This document shows, one piece after another, positions 49,591 through 58,703 of a DNA stretch of 64,000 nt (its first letter is position 1; the number at the start of each line of letters is the position of its first letter). The stretch is from an uncultured Actinomycetes bacterium (GTDB lineage Bacteria; Actinomycetota; UBA4738; HRBIN12), in assembly GCA_963704725.1 (NCBI GenBank), contig OY969934.1, forward strand, positions 640,001 through 704,000. The letters are read 5' to 3'. The notes beneath the pieces are model-generated. The model made no database searches and was not told the DNA's origin. It was given only the letters and a program-made list of their open reading frames with translations. Made by a program: the position numbers and the translations under genes.

Positions 49591-50505
49591 ATGCGCTTCC
49601 AGCGGCTCCTCCTCATCGTCAACCCGGTCGCGCGGACCTACTCGAAGGCGACGCTCGCCGTCATCGAGAAGGCCCTGTCCGCCGACTTCCGCCTCGAGGT
49701 GGCCGAGACGAAGGAGCGGGGTCACGCCTCCGAGCTCGCCACGCAGGCCGTCGCGGACGGGATCGACCTCGTCGTCGTGTTCTCCGGCGACGGCACGGTG
49801 AACGAGGTCGTCAACGCGTTGGCCGGATCCGACACGGGGATCGCGGCGCTCCCCGGCGGCGCGACGAACATCTTCGTGCGCGCGCTGGGCCTCCCGCTCG
49901 ACCCGGTGGAGGCGACGGGGACGCTGATCGCCAAGGCGCTCGACGACGAGGCGTTCAAGCTCTCGCTCGGCGTGGCGGACGGGCGGTACTTCGCCGTGAA
50001 CTGCGGCGCCGGAGTCGACGCCGCGGCGATGCGGCGGATCGACGCGAAGTTCCCTCGGGACAAGTCCCGATTCGACCGGGTCGCGTTCCGCGCCGTGGCG
50101 TGGGAGCTCCTCGTGGGCTACGCGGGGCGCATCGCCGACCTCGAGGTCCGGATCGACGACGGCGAGCCGCTGCCGTCGCTCTCGGTGATGGTGGGCCGGA
50201 CCGATCCCTACACCTACTACAAGGGGTACGGGATCCGGATGACGCCCGAGGCGTCCCTGGAGGAGGGTCTCGACGTGCTGTCGGTGCGCAAGCTCCGCCG
50301 TCGCAGCGTCCCCCGGATCGCGTGGCAGGTCTTCGGTTCGGCCCGTCACGTGCGAGGACGCGACATCGACTACGTGCACGACGCCTCGCGCGTGCTCGTG
50401 ACCTCGGCGCGACCCTTCCCGGTGCAGGTCGACGGCGACTCCGTCGGGGTCCATCGCCGCCTCGAGGTGGAGCTGGCCCGCGAGGTGCTGTGGGTGGTGG
50501 GGTAG
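49591..50505 (+). CDS. diacylglycerol kinase family lipid kinase
   Basis: 'IVNP', 'GDGTVNE', 'PGGATN', 'QVDGD'. Confidence 0.88.
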   Translation: MRFQRLLLIVNPVARTYSKATLAVIEKALSADFRLEVAETKERGHASELATQAVADGIDLVVVFSGDGTVNEVVNALAGSDTGIAALPGGATNIFVRALGLPLDPVEATGTLIAKALDDEAFKLSLGVADGRYFAVNCGAGVDAAAMRRIDAKFPRDKSRFDRVAFRAVAWELLVGYAGRIADLEVRIDDGEPLPSLSVMVGRTDPYTYYKGYGIRMTPEASLEEGLDVLSVRKLRRRSVPRIAWQVFGSARHVRGRDIDYVHDASRVLVTSARPFPVQVDGDSVGVHRRLEVELAREVLWVVG

Positions 50506-50515
50506 TCCCCTCGGC

Positions 50516-51244
50516 TCAGGCCGAGCCGGCCTCGCGCTGCTGGATCCCGCACTCCCACTTCGACAGCCCCGCCCACCGGCCGGCGCGCTCCGCTTCACCC
50601 GAGAACTGCAGCCTCGTGCACGGCGCGCAGCCGATCGAGGCGTAGCCGAGGTCGTAGAGCGGGTTGTGCGGTAGGTCGTGTTCGGCCAGGTAGGCCCACG
50701 TGTCGCGGCGGGTCCACGTGGCCACGGGGTTGATCTTCACCATCCACCGTCCCGGCTCGAGCTCGTACCGGTCGACGATGGGGCTCGTGATCCTGGTGGG
50801 CGCGGAGTCGCGCCGGAACGCCGTGATCCACGCGTCCAGCCCTCGGAGCGCCTCGAGCATCGGCCGGACCTTGTTGAGGTCGCAGCAGCGGTCGGGATCC
50901 CGCTCGTACAGACGTGGTCCGAGCGCCGCGGCCTGCGTCGCGGGCGTGTGCTCGCCCGAGAGCTCGATGACGTTCAGCTGCAGACGCTCCGTGAGCTCCG
51001 TCTTGAACGCCAGGGTCTCGGCGAAGTGGTAGCCGGTCTCCAGGAACATCACGGGAACGTCGGGTCGGGACGCGAGCGCCATGTGCATGACGCACGTCCC
51101 CTCCGCCTGGAACGCCGAGGCGATCGCCACCCGCTCCAGTCCCGATTCTTCGAGCGCCCAGCGGACGACCTCGCGCGGATGCGCGCGTTCGAAGCGCTCG
51201 TTGAGGTCGCGGATCTCCTCGTCGAGGAGGAGCGTTCGGGGCAT
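50516..51244 (-). CDS. cysH: adenylyl/phosphoadenylyl-sulfate reductase ([4Fe-4S] APS-reductase type)
   Basis: 'ETGYHFAET', 'CC' and 'SIGCAPCT', C-terminal 'ECG'. Confidence 0.92.
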   Translation of the reverse strand: MPRTLLLDEEIRDLNERFERAHPREVVRWALEESGLERVAIASAFQAEGTCVMHMALASRPDVPVMFLETGYHFAETLAFKTELTERLQLNVIELSGEHTPATQAAALGPRLYERDPDRCCDLNKVRPMLEALRGLDAWITAFRRDSAPTRITSPIVDRYELEPGRWMVKINPVATWTRRDTWAYLAEHDLPHNPLYDLGYASIGCAPCTRLQFSGEAERAGRWAGLSKWECGIQQREAGSA

Positions 51245-51402
51245 GGAGAGCCTCCGGGTCGGGCCCGGGAAGTATAGGCGGGCCCCGGGCCGTGCCCCGG
51301 GGGCGGCCCCCAACGCCGCCGGTATGCTGGGCGCGCCGCCACCCCGGGTTCCGCGCGGGTCGCCGCGGCGCGCACGCCACCGACGAAGGAGTGACCCGGA
51401 CC

Positions 51403-52578
51403 ATGACCGACGCCCAGACCATCGCGCCCCACGGAGGCACCCTGGTCGACCTGCTCGTCCCCGAAGCCGACCGGGACAAGCTGGCCGACGAGGCCGGGCA
51501 CTTCCCCAAGCTGGTCGTGAACGAGCGCGAGCTCTCCGACCTCGAGATGCTGGCGGTCGGTGCCTTGTCCCCGCTCCGGGGGTTCCAGGGGGAGGCCGAC
51601 TACCGCTCCATCCTGCGCTCGATGCATCTGGAGGACGGGACCGCGTGGACGATCCCCGTCACGCTGTCGCTGTCCGACGAGGAGGCAAAGCGCATCGGCG
51701 GCGCGGAGGCGGTCACGCTGCTCGCGGCCGACGGCGGCGAGCCCCTCGCGATCCTCGAGGTCTCGGGGCTGTATCGGCGAGACCGCGAGGAAGAGGCGCG
51801 GGCGGTCTTCGGGACGCAGGACGTCGCGCATCCGGGCGTGAAGGCGCTCCACGACGCCGGCGATGTGTGTGCGGCCGGCCAGCTCCGCGTGCTGCGGCTG
51901 CCGGAGCACGACGACTTCCTCGAGTACCGACTCACCCCGGCCGAGACCCGGGCCGAGTTCGCCCGGCGGGGGTGGAAGACGGTCGTGGGGTTCCAGACCC
52001 GCAACCCCATCCATCGCGCGCACGAGTACATCCAGAAGTGCGCGCTCGAGATCGTCGACGGCCTGCTCGTCCATCCGCTGGTCGGGGCGACGAAGGGCGA
52101 CGACGTCCCCGCCGAGGTTCGGATGCGCTGCTACGAAGCCCTCTTCGACGGCTACTACCCGAAGGACCGCGCGATGGTCTCGGTCTTCCCCGCCGCGATG
52201 CGGTACGCGGGACCGAAGGAGGCGATCTGGCACGCCATCGCTCGCAAGAACTACGGCTGCACCCATTTCATCGTGGGGCGTGATCACGCGGGCGTCGGCG
52301 ACTACTACGGCACGTACGAGGCCCAGGAGATCTTCGACCGGTTCGAGCCGGACGAGCTCGGCATCACCCCGCTCCGGTTCGAGCACTCGTTCTTCTGTCT
52401 GCGCTGTGAGGGGATGGGCTCGCCGAAGACGTGCCCGCACGGGGACGACGATCGCGTGATCCTGTCCGGGACGAAGGTGCGAGAGATGCTCCGGGCCGGC
52501 GAGGTCCCGCCGATCGAGTTCAGCCGTCCCGAGGTGGCGGCGATCCTGATCGAGGCGATGCGCGGCCGGGGCGCCTGA
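51403..52578 (+). CDS. sat: sulfate adenylyltransferase (Sat type)
   Basis: 'FQTRNPIHRAH', 'VGRDHAG', 'SGTKVR'. Confidence 0.95.
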   Translation: MTDAQTIAPHGGTLVDLLVPEADRDKLADEAGHFPKLVVNERELSDLEMLAVGALSPLRGFQGEADYRSILRSMHLEDGTAWTIPVTLSLSDEEAKRIGGAEAVTLLAADGGEPLAILEVSGLYRRDREEEARAVFGTQDVAHPGVKALHDAGDVCAAGQLRVLRLPEHDDFLEYRLTPAETRAEFARRGWKTVVGFQTRNPIHRAHEYIQKCALEIVDGLLVHPLVGATKGDDVPAEVRMRCYEALFDGYYPKDRAMVSVFPAAMRYAGPKEAIWHAIARKNYGCTHFIVGRDHAGVGDYYGTYEAQEIFDRFEPDELGITPLRFEHSFFCLRCEGMGSPKTCPHGDDDRVILSGTKVREMLRAGEVPPIEFSRPEVAAILIEAMRGRGA

Positions 52579-52652
52579 GCCGCCGCGGCCCGGGGTTGAG
52601 TCCGGGCGCACCGGCGGTTTGCTCACCACGCTGCGCGTTCGCTACGCTGCTG

Positions 52653-53714
52653 GTGCGGGAGCGCGGCCGAGCCGCGAGGAGGCCCCCGACGATCGCTCGC
52701 AGGATCACGGTTCGAAGCGTGCTCGCCCTGGCCGTCGCGGCCGGCGCCCTGGGGCTCTCTCCGGCCCTCGCCGACACCAAGCACGAGCTCGACGCAGCCA
52801 AGGCCGAGCTGGCGCAGGTGCAGGCCGAGCTCGATCGCGCCACCGCGGCGTGGAACGACGCCGTCACCCGTCTCGGGGAGACCAGGGACGACATCACCCA
52901 AACCCGGGTGCGGATCGGCTCGATCGAGCGTCGCCTCCAGCACATCCAGGAGCGCCTGTCCGATCGGGCCGTGGCCGCCTTCACCACCGGGCCGGCCAGC
53001 ACGATCGACCTCCTGCTGTCCTCGGCGTCGTTCACGGAGTTCTCGGACCGGCTCGAGTTCCTCGGCAGCGTGACGCAGGGCGACGTCGATCTCTCCCTCG
53101 AGGAGCGCAACGCCCAGGAGGACCTGCGCCGCGAGCGCGAGGACCTCGTCTCGCTCTCCGAGCGGCAGGCCGACGCGGCGGCGGCGCTGCGTTCGGCCCA
53201 GCAGTCGATCGACGCGCAGTTCGGCCGGATCCAAGACCGGGTGGCCGGCCTCACCGCCCGTTACCGGGAGGAGGTCGCGGCGCGGCAGGAGCTGCAGATC
53301 CTCGGCCAGCGAGTCGATCCGAGCTCACCGATCCAGGTCTGCCCGGTGGCCGGGCCGAACTCGTTCGTGGACTCGTTCGGGTGGCCGCGCCCGGGGGGCC
53401 GGACCCACCAGGGGATCGACCTGATCTCGCCGTTCGGCACGCCGATCGTGGCGGCGCACCCCGGGGTCGTCTCGCACAGCTCGAGCGTCCTGGGCGGCAA
53501 CCAGGCCTACGTCCGCGCCTCGAGCGGCACGTACACGTTCTACGCCCACCTGTCGAGCTACAGCTCCGCGAGCGGCAGCGTCGGCGCCGGCACCGTGATC
53601 GGCTACGTCGGGAGCACCGGCGACGCGGGAAGCACGAACCACCTGCACTTCGAGTACCACCCCGGGGGCGGGGCGGCCGTGGACCCGTACCAGATGCTGC
53701 TCGGCGTGTGCTGA
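52653..53714 (+). CDS. secreted coiled-coil M23 peptidase (cell-wall hydrolase)
   Basis: signal peptide, long coiled coil, 'HQGID', 'YAH', 'HLHF'; start uncertain. Confidence 0.85.
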   Translation: MRERGRAARRPPTIARRITVRSVLALAVAAGALGLSPALADTKHELDAAKAELAQVQAELDRATAAWNDAVTRLGETRDDITQTRVRIGSIERRLQHIQERLSDRAVAAFTTGPASTIDLLLSSASFTEFSDRLEFLGSVTQGDVDLSLEERNAQEDLRREREDLVSLSERQADAAAALRSAQQSIDAQFGRIQDRVAGLTARYREEVAARQELQILGQRVDPSSPIQVCPVAGPNSFVDSFGWPRPGGRTHQGIDLISPFGTPIVAAHPGVVSHSSSVLGGNQAYVRASSGTYTFYAHLSSYSSASGSVGAGTVIGYVGSTGDAGSTNHLHFEYHPGGGAAVDPYQMLLGVC

Positions 53715-53790
53715 CGGACCGACCGTCCTGGACGGGGCCGTTTGCGGCCCCCGGCGTTACGATTCCTGCCAACCCGACGAGGGGCTGCAT

Positions 53791-54318
53791 GTGAGCGAAC
53801 AGACGAACCGAAGGATCGACCACATCCGGCAGCCGGCGTTCGTCGAGTCGCTGGGCGAGCTGTCGCTCGAGGAGCTTCGGCGCCGCCGCGACGACTGCCT
53901 GGCCGAGCGGGAATACCTCTCCCTGCTCCGGCGTCTGGTGCAGGGACGGGCCGAGATCCTCAAGGCCGAGGTCGAGCGGCGGGACGCCTCGGGTGAGCAG
54001 GTGCCGCTCGTCGAGCGGCTGGCCGAGATCCTGTCGGGCGAGTCCCAGGGCCCCGCTCGCGGCGAGGCCGTCCGCATCAGCGTCCCCGAGGAGGAGATGC
54101 TGCTGGCCCGGCGGCGGGTGGAGCGTCTCGTCGCCGACGCCGGGCTCTCGGATCCCGGTTCCCTCGACGACGACCGGCTGGCCGGGGCGGTGGAGATGCT
54201 GGCCGGGGAGGAGCGCGAGGTCTCCGAGGCCCGGGGCGTGGTCATGGCGGTGCTGGACGTCGTGCAGGAGGAGCTGAAGCGCCGCTACAAGGACGACCCC
54301 TCGCTCGTCCTGAGCTGA
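53791..54318 (+). CDS. rsiG: RsiG/AmfC-family anti-sigma factor
   Basis: 'RRIDHI', 'LSLLRRLVQGR', 'EREVSEAR...D', 'RRY'; upstream of asparaginase II as in Streptomyces. Confidence 0.8.
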   Translation: MSEQTNRRIDHIRQPAFVESLGELSLEELRRRRDDCLAEREYLSLLRRLVQGRAEILKAEVERRDASGEQVPLVERLAEILSGESQGPARGEAVRISVPEEEMLLARRRVERLVADAGLSDPGSLDDDRLAGAVEMLAGEEREVSEARGVVMAVLDVVQEELKRRYKDDPSLVLS

Positions 54319-54521
54319 TCCCGCTCCGCCGGCATCCCCGCGGACCACACGTCGTACGGAACCCAGGGGAGCCGTCGCAGGCCGTCTGGTGGATGCGCCC
54401 AGCGGCAACGGGGGAGCGCCGCGGACCACGGTCAATTCCGCCCGTGGAGGGATGGTCCGCGTCGGGAAAAGACGCCACGCTGCGGCCGCACTGCAATCGA
54501 TGCGCACACGTGCGGCCCTAC

Positions 54522-55289
54522 ATGAACGAGACAACCCTCTTCCCCGGCGCGGGCCCGGATCCTCGGGACCCTGAGCTGCCCGCGGTGCACGATCAGATGA
54601 TCGTGTTCGCGCGGGAGCTCGGTGAGCTCTACCGTCTGGAACGGACGCGGAGCTCCCAGCTCGAGCGGGCGCTCGGGAGCCTCCAGGAGAGCTACCTGGC
54701 GACGATGAAGTCGCTCGCGCAGGTGGTCGAGGCCAAGGACCGGAACACGCGCGGTCATCTCGACCGGACCCAGGCGTACGGGCTCGCCCTGGCCGAGCGG
54801 ATCGACCCGGAGCTGGCCGAGTCGCCGACGCTCGGCTACGGGTTCTTCCTCCACGACATCGGCAAGGTGGGCGTCCCCGAACACATCCTGTGCAAGCGGG
54901 GTCCGCTGACGGCCGCCGAGTGGCAGGTCATGCGGCGACACCCCCTGATGGGCGCCCAGATCGTCGCGCCGATCGCGTTCCTGAACGACACGGTCGACCT
55001 CATCCGGCACCATCACGAGCGGTTCGACGGCACGGGCTACCCGGACGGCCTGCGTCGGGACCAGATCCCTCTGACCGCGCGGATCTTCTCCGTGGCCGAC
55101 GCCTTCGACGCGATGACGAGCGATCGCCCCTACCGGGGGTCGATCGGGGTGGAGCGGGCCCTCGGCGAGCTCGAGGCCGGCGCCGGTGGGCAGTTCGACC
55201 CCGAGGTCGTCCGCGTCTTCGTCACGATGGTCGATCGTCGCGTGGAGCCGGTCCGGGACCGGGCCACCGTTTCGAGTCTCGCGGTCTGA
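54522..55289 (+). CDS. HD-GYP domain cyclic di-nucleotide phosphodiesterase
   Basis: 'EAKD..T.GH', 'HDIGK', 'HHERFDGTGYP', 'DAFDAM...RPY'. Confidence 0.92.
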   Translation: MNETTLFPGAGPDPRDPELPAVHDQMIVFARELGELYRLERTRSSQLERALGSLQESYLATMKSLAQVVEAKDRNTRGHLDRTQAYGLALAERIDPELAESPTLGYGFFLHDIGKVGVPEHILCKRGPLTAAEWQVMRRHPLMGAQIVAPIAFLNDTVDLIRHHHERFDGTGYPDGLRRDQIPLTARIFSVADAFDAMTSDRPYRGSIGVERALGELEAGAGGQFDPEVVRVFVTMVDRRVEPVRDRATVSSLAV

Positions 55290-55323
55290 CCCCGGCCCGG
55301 CCGCCGGGCTACCCTTGCCATCC

Positions 55324-56307
55324 ATGGCCGCACCGGCGCCGCTCGTCCGCGTGGTTCGCTCGGGCGTCCAGGAGAGCGTCCACCTCGGCCACGTCGCCGT
55401 GTGCGATCCGCGGGGCCGCGTCCTGGCCGCGGCGGGCGACCCTCACCATCTGCTGTTCTCACGGTCCTGCCTGAAGCCGCTCCAGGCGGCGGTCTCCCTC
55501 GCACGGATCGACGTCGAGCTGTCCGACGACCTGGTGGCGATCATGTGCGGCTCGCACAACGGGGAGGCGGAGCACGTCCGGGCCGTCCGGCGCCTCCTGC
55601 GCGCGGCGGGCGCCCGCGAATCCGACCTGCGCTGCCCGCCCGACCTGCCGTCTCGACGTGAGGACGCGGCCCGCGCCGCCCGGCCCCGCCCCGTGTACCA
55701 CAACTGCTCCGGCAAGCATGCCGGGATGGTCGCGGCATGCGCCGGCGCCGGGTGGCCGGTGCCCACGTACCGCGATCGTTCCCACCCCCTCCAGCGCGAG
55801 GTGGCCCGGGCCGTCCGGCGGGCCACGGGCGCCTCGCGGGCGCCGGTCGGCGTGGATGGGTGCGGGGTGCCGACGTTCGGCCTGCCGCTGGCCGCGATGG
55901 CCACGCTGTTCGCGCGCCTCGCCCGGCCCGAGCGGCTCGGCGACCTCGCGCCGTTCGCGGCTCGCGCCGTGGGGGCGATGCGCGCCCACCCCCTCCTGGT
56001 GGCGGGGACGCGGCGCACGGACACCCTGCTGATGCGCGTCGTTCCGGACGTCGCATCCAAGGGGGGCGCCGAGGCCCTGGCCTGCGCGGCGGTGCTGGAC
56101 CAGGGCGTCGGGGTCGCCGTCAAGATCGCCGACGGCGGCGACCGGGCCGCCGGGCCCGCCCTGGTGCGGGCGCTCCATCTCTTGGACGCCGTCACCGCCG
56201 ATCAGCTCGAGGCGCTCGCCTCCGTGGCCCGGCGACCGGTGCTGGGGGGCGGGCGGCAGGTCGGGGAGCTCGTGGCCGGCTTCCGGCTCCGCCGGCCGAG
56301 GGGATGA
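55324..56307 (+). CDS. L-asparaginase II family protein
   Basis: 'ESVH', 'RSCLKPLQA', 'GSHNGE', 'NCSGKH', 'DGCG', 'SKGGAE'. Confidence 0.9.
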   Translation: MAAPAPLVRVVRSGVQESVHLGHVAVCDPRGRVLAAAGDPHHLLFSRSCLKPLQAAVSLARIDVELSDDLVAIMCGSHNGEAEHVRAVRRLLRAAGARESDLRCPPDLPSRREDAARAARPRPVYHNCSGKHAGMVAACAGAGWPVPTYRDRSHPLQREVARAVRRATGASRAPVGVDGCGVPTFGLPLAAMATLFARLARPERLGDLAPFAARAVGAMRAHPLLVAGTRRTDTLLMRVVPDVASKGGAEALACAAVLDQGVGVAVKIADGGDRAAGPALVRALHLLDAVTADQLEALASVARRPVLGGGRQVGELVAGFRLRRPRG

Positions 56308-56359
56308 GGCCGCGGCCGGCGGTCCCCTCGCTCGCGCGATGCCTCGATACGATGCTCGG

Positions 56360-57634
56360 ATGGGCTCGACCCTTGGGCGGCACCGGGACCGCCCGCGCGT
56401 GGCCGTCGTCAGCCTCCACACCTCGCCCCTCGACCAGCCGGGCGGCGGCGACTCCGGCGGCATGAACGTGTTCATCCGCGCCGCGGCGGAGCGGATGGCG
56501 GCCAAGGACCTGGATGTGGACGTCTTCACCCGGTGCCGGGGGCGGGGTGGCCCCGAGGTGGACGAGCTGGGGGGGTCCCGGCTCATCCACGTCAAGGCGG
56601 GACCGTGCGCGCCGGTCCCGAAGGAGGAGCTCCCGAGATACCTTCCCGAGTTCCTCGGCGGCGTGCTGCACCGCCAGCGGGCCGAGGGGACCCGGTACGA
56701 CCTCGTGCACACCCACTACTGGCTGTCCGGGTGGGTGGGGCGCAGCACCAAGGAGATCTGGGGCGTGCCGCTCGTGGCCTCCTTCCACACGCTCGGGAAG
56801 GTGAAGAACTACTCGCTCGCCCTGGGCGAGCGTCCGGAGCCCGAGGTCCGGCTGGCCGGTGAGGAACGCGTGATCGCCGAGGCCGATCGTCTGGTCGCGG
56901 CGACGCCCTCGGAGGCCGCTCAGCTCGTCGGCCTGTACCGCGCCGAGTCGGAGCGGATCCGGCTCATCCCGCCGGGCGTGGACCACTCGCTCTTCTTCCC
57001 GCGCCCCCGCGACGAGGCCGCCGGGCGGCTGCACCTGGCGGGAGCCCGGCTGCTCCTGTTCGTGGGCCGGCTCCAGGTCCACAAGGGCCCCGACGTTGCC
57101 GTCCGGACCCTCGCCGAGCTGATCGCGCGCGATCCGGGCGGGACGGCGGACGTCGTGCTGGCCCTCGTCGGCGGGCCGAGCGGAGCCGGCCACGGCGCCG
57201 AGGTGGCCCACCTCATGGATCTCGCCTCCGCCCTCGGCGTCGGCGAGCGCGTGATGTTCTTCCCCCCGCAGCCGCAGGCTCGGCTGGCGGACTTCTACGC
57301 CGCGGCGGAGGCCGTGCTCGTCCCGTCGCGCTCCGAGTCGTTCGGGCTCGTAGCGCTCGAGGCGCAGGCGTGCGGGACGCCGGTGATCGCGGCCGGGGTG
57401 GGGGGGCTCCGCTACGTGGTCGACGACAGGGTGACCGGGTACCTCGTGGAGGGCCACGACCCGAGCGACCACGCGGATCGCGTCCTGTCGATCCTGCGCG
57501 ACGGGGCCGGCGCCCGCCGGATGGGCGCGGCGGGCGTGGCGCACTCCATCCGTTTCTCGTGGGACTCGACCGCCGACCGGATGGTGACCGTGTACCGCGA
57601 GCTCCTCGACGGCGGCGCCGCCCCGGCCCCGTGA
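56360..57634 (+). CDS. mshA: D-inositol-3-phosphate glycosyltransferase (mycothiol synthesis)
   Basis: 'HTSPLDQPG.GD.GGMNV', 'HTHYWLSG', 'SESFGLVALEAQACG'. Confidence 0.88.
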   Translation: MGSTLGRHRDRPRVAVVSLHTSPLDQPGGGDSGGMNVFIRAAAERMAAKDLDVDVFTRCRGRGGPEVDELGGSRLIHVKAGPCAPVPKEELPRYLPEFLGGVLHRQRAEGTRYDLVHTHYWLSGWVGRSTKEIWGVPLVASFHTLGKVKNYSLALGERPEPEVRLAGEERVIAEADRLVAATPSEAAQLVGLYRAESERIRLIPPGVDHSLFFPRPRDEAAGRLHLAGARLLLFVGRLQVHKGPDVAVRTLAELIARDPGGTADVVLALVGGPSGAGHGAEVAHLMDLASALGVGERVMFFPPQPQARLADFYAAAEAVLVPSRSESFGLVALEAQACGTPVIAAGVGGLRYVVDDRVTGYLVEGHDPSDHADRVLSILRDGAGARRMGAAGVAHSIRFSWDSTADRMVTVYRELLDGGAAPAP

Positions 57635-58173
57635 CCGTCCCCGTCCTGCGGGGGCGCGAGGTCGTCCTCCGTCCCGTCGAGGATGCCGATCACCCCGTCA
57701 TCCTCGAGTGGCAGAACGACCCCGAGGTGTGGTGGTGGATGGACTACGAGCGGACCTTCACGCTCGAGGACGTCCACGCGAGCGAGGCGCTCGCGAAGGT
57801 GGAGGGACACCCGTTCCTGATCGAGGCGCCGGACGGCCGTCCCATCGGACGTATCGGGTTGAACCAGTTCAGCGAGCGCGACGAGACCTGCTCGCTGTAC
57901 GTCTTCGTCGGCGACGCCCGGTACCGGGACACCGGCTTCGGCCAGGACGCCATCCTCACGCTGCTCCGCTGGGGCTTCGACACCTTCGGGCTGCACCTCG
58001 TGCAGCTGTGGGGGTTGTCGACGAACACGCGCGCGATGCGCGCGTACGAGCACGTCGGGTTCGCCGTCGACGGAACGCTTCGGGAGCGCTCGTTCAAGAG
58101 CGACGGGGAGCGGTACGACCGCACGATCTTGAGCATCACGCGACGCGAGTTCGACGCGTTGCACCGCGCATAG
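57631..58173 (+). CDS. GNAT N-acetyltransferase (RimJ/RimL family)
   Basis: 'LRPV', 'IGRIGL', 'NTRAMRAYEHVGF..DG.LR'. Confidence 0.85.
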   Translation: MTVPVLRGREVVLRPVEDADHPVILEWQNDPEVWWWMDYERTFTLEDVHASEALAKVEGHPFLIEAPDGRPIGRIGLNQFSERDETCSLYVFVGDARYRDTGFGQDAILTLLRWGFDTFGLHLVQLWGLSTNTRAMRAYEHVGFAVDGTLRERSFKSDGERYDRTILSITRREFDALHRA

Positions 58174-58298
58174 GCTCGCCGAACGCGTTGCGGCGCAACG
58201 GTGTACGGACTGCCGACGTCATGCGTTCATGTTCTTGTCACTCTTTCCACCGTGCCCGCTACCAGCGCATATGGCGTCTGACCTGGGGGTTCTTCGAG

Positions 58299-58328
58299 TT
58301 GACCCCCGTACCGGGGCGACGTTAGATT
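58299..58328 (+). promoter_or_regulatory. housekeeping sigma70-type promoter
   Basis: TTGACC-N18-TAGATT; predicted TSS near 58335. Confidence 0.7.
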
Positions 58329-58334
58329 CGCGTC

Positions 58335-58534
58335 GCTCCGAGCAGTCGGAGCGGCCGAGTCAGGGAACCGAAGTCGGGACCCCTGGGAAAGCCGTAAGGC
58401 CAACTGGGCGCACCTGCTCGTATGGTTGGGAAGGCCAACTAGCTGTGCGGGTGGGGAGGCTCGGGCGGCCCCAAAGCCCAACGAAAGGGTCTACGGCCAG
58501 GAAACCGAGACGGCTGTGAGAGGTTGCTCGGGGC
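58335..58534 (+). ncRNA. rod-shaped ncRNA, 6S/Ms1-like architecture
   Basis: nested end-to-end helices traced by hand, central bubble, about 200 nt, promoter and terminator, no credible ORF. Confidence 0.65.
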
Positions 58535-58538
58535 ACCT

Positions 58539-58607
58539 GAGCCCGAGGGGCCGACGGTGGTTGGAGGCTTCGGCTTCCGACGAGCCGGAGGTCCCTCGGG
58601 TTCTTTT
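58539..58607 (+). terminator. intrinsic terminator of the ncRNA
   Basis: GAGCCCGAGGGGCC pairs with GGTCCCTCGGGTTC, capped by a C(TTCG)G tetraloop stem, followed by TTTT. Confidence 0.75.
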
Positions 58608-58703
58608 CTGCGACCCTCGTTCTCTCCGGCCGGCGTCCTCTCCTTCCCCTCGCGCCGGGCCCGTCTTGTTCGCCTTCGTCCACGCGGGTAGCGTTGCGCG
58701 GAC

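Noticed and set aside
58335-58607. RNase P, tmRNA, SRP, group I/II intron, cobalamin or c-di-AMP riboswitch identity for the ncRNA
   Set aside because: Lacks GAGGAAAGTCC, tRNA-like ends, the SRP GGAAGCAG loop, intron domain V/P7 and the riboswitch consensus cores on either strand.
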